Virus record (IMG/VR): IMGVR_UViG_3300037502_001833
Coordinates: 1-30,841 of that record
Source of the DNA: a virus
Direction: 5' to 3' (one strand)
Length of the DNA: 30,841 nucleotides
The notes below the pieces were generated by a model. It had not been told where the DNA came from, made no database searches, and saw only the letters and a program-made list of their open reading frames with translations. Below are positions 30,434 to 30,841 of the stretch, in pieces (position 1 is the first letter of the stretch; every line of letters starts with the position of its first letter). A program made the translations under genes and the position numbers.

Positions 30434-30841
30434 ATGAGCATCAACGCCCTCAACTGGGCCGGCCGTACCGTCACAGGTTCGGCATCACGCAAGGCCGTTT
30501 TGTTGTGTCTGGCGAACTATGCCAACGAACAAAACGAGGCGTATCCGTCCGTCGAGACCATCGCCAGGATCACCGAGCTCAACGCCAAAACGGTGCGTCT
30601 GGCGCTCACCGAAATGGAGTCCAACGGGCTCATATTCGACACAGGTCGACGTCGCGGACAGACCCAGAACATTCGGGTCTGGGGTCTGAATCTGGACGCC
30701 GAAACCCTACCAAAATCGGAACCCTACCAAAATCGGAACCCTACCGTTTTTGGACCTGAAACCCTACCAAAAACGGACCTGAAAGGTACCCAAAAACGGG
30801 TAGCAGAACCTAAAGAGGATCCGTTAGTAGATCACAAGAGA
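30434..30841 (+). CDS. 5' part of the replication-initiator-like wHTH protein; continues at 2..400 across the circular junction.
   Basis: GGAGG at 30423-30427 precedes ATG 30434. The N-terminus is NWAGRTVTGSASRKAVLLCLANYANEQNEAYPSVETIARITELNAKTVRLALTEMESNGLI, the pattern of HTH_36/DnaD-like phage and plasmid replication proteins. The frame stays open to the window end. Confidence 0.75.
   Translation, partial: MSINALNWAGRTVTGSASRKAVLLCLANYANEQNEAYPSVETIARITELNAKTVRLALTEMESNGLIFDTGRRRGQTQNIRVWGLNLDAETLPKSEPYQNRNPTVFGPETLPKTDLKGTQKRVAEPKEDPLVDHKR
30703..30799 (+). repeat. Iteron array (five units) inside the initiator gene.
   Basis: AACCCTACCAAAATCGG occurs twice in perfect tandem (30703-30719 and 30720-30736). 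AACCCTACCGTTTTTGG follows at 30737-30753. Two 23-bp units follow: ACCTGAAACCCTACCAAAAACGG (30754-30776) and ACCTGAAAGGTACCCAAAAACGG (30777-30799). Confidence 0.75.
30715..30841. repeat. Terminal overlap copy 2, identical to 1..127.
   Basis: Read directly from the sequence. Confidence 0.95.

Noticed and set aside
30703-30799. The short direct repeats at the contig ends as a CRISPR array or a transposon end.
   Set aside because: The units are contiguous or separated by only 5 nt, with no spacers. They lie in frame inside a coding sequence and no cas or transposase genes are present. An iteron/ori interpretation fits better.

Overview
This window is a complete, circularly closed genome of a compact high-GC tailed phage with siphovirus-type gene order. 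The unit length is 30,714 bp, and the first and last 127 bp are identical. All genes but one are on the + strand. About half of the gene junctions are ATGA/GTGA/TGATG/TAATG start-stop overlaps. Gene order: (1) a replication-initiator-like wHTH gene that wraps the contig junction and carries an iteron array plus an AT-rich block (putative ori); (2) small early genes, including a PD-(D/E)XK-like nuclease and a membrane-anchored coiled-coil protein; (3) terS, terL and a Zn-ribbon gene; (4) an intrinsic terminator, a near-consensus promoter and a short hairpin unit; (5) portal, MuF-like protein, protease-scaffold fusion, HK97-type capsid and connectors; (6) an unusually placed module of a membrane protein, a low-GC 359-aa beta-sandwich-like protein, a 641-aa fibre-like protein and a 122-aa Ig-like paralogue; (7) tail completion proteins, major tail protein, G/GT chaperone with a -1 frameshift and the tape measure; (8) two tip proteins of 918 and 961 aa; (9) a CHAP-type endolysin and an HTH-metallophosphoesterase; (10) a bidirectional terminator, a single minus-strand gene and a divergent control region; (11) early/accessory genes: small TM peptide, wHTH protein, two DUF2829-like proteins, Zn-ribbon protein, VRR-NUC and a RecT-like annealase. 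I saw no integrase, tRNA, CRISPR array or transposase. The most noteworthy observations are: (a) a promoter / 5' seed / terminator unit at 4379-4466, whose predicted ~50-nt RNA is perfectly complementary to a conserved Shine-Dalgarno-to-start block shared by three phage genes; (b) a lambda-like ori inside the initiator gene; (c) tandem DUF2829 (Tad2-family-like) domains; (d) two low-GC replacement cassettes, one of which makes a chimeric tape measure; (e) fibre-like genes inserted between the head-closure and tail-completion genes. All functional calls rest on motif recognition by eye. No database search was run.
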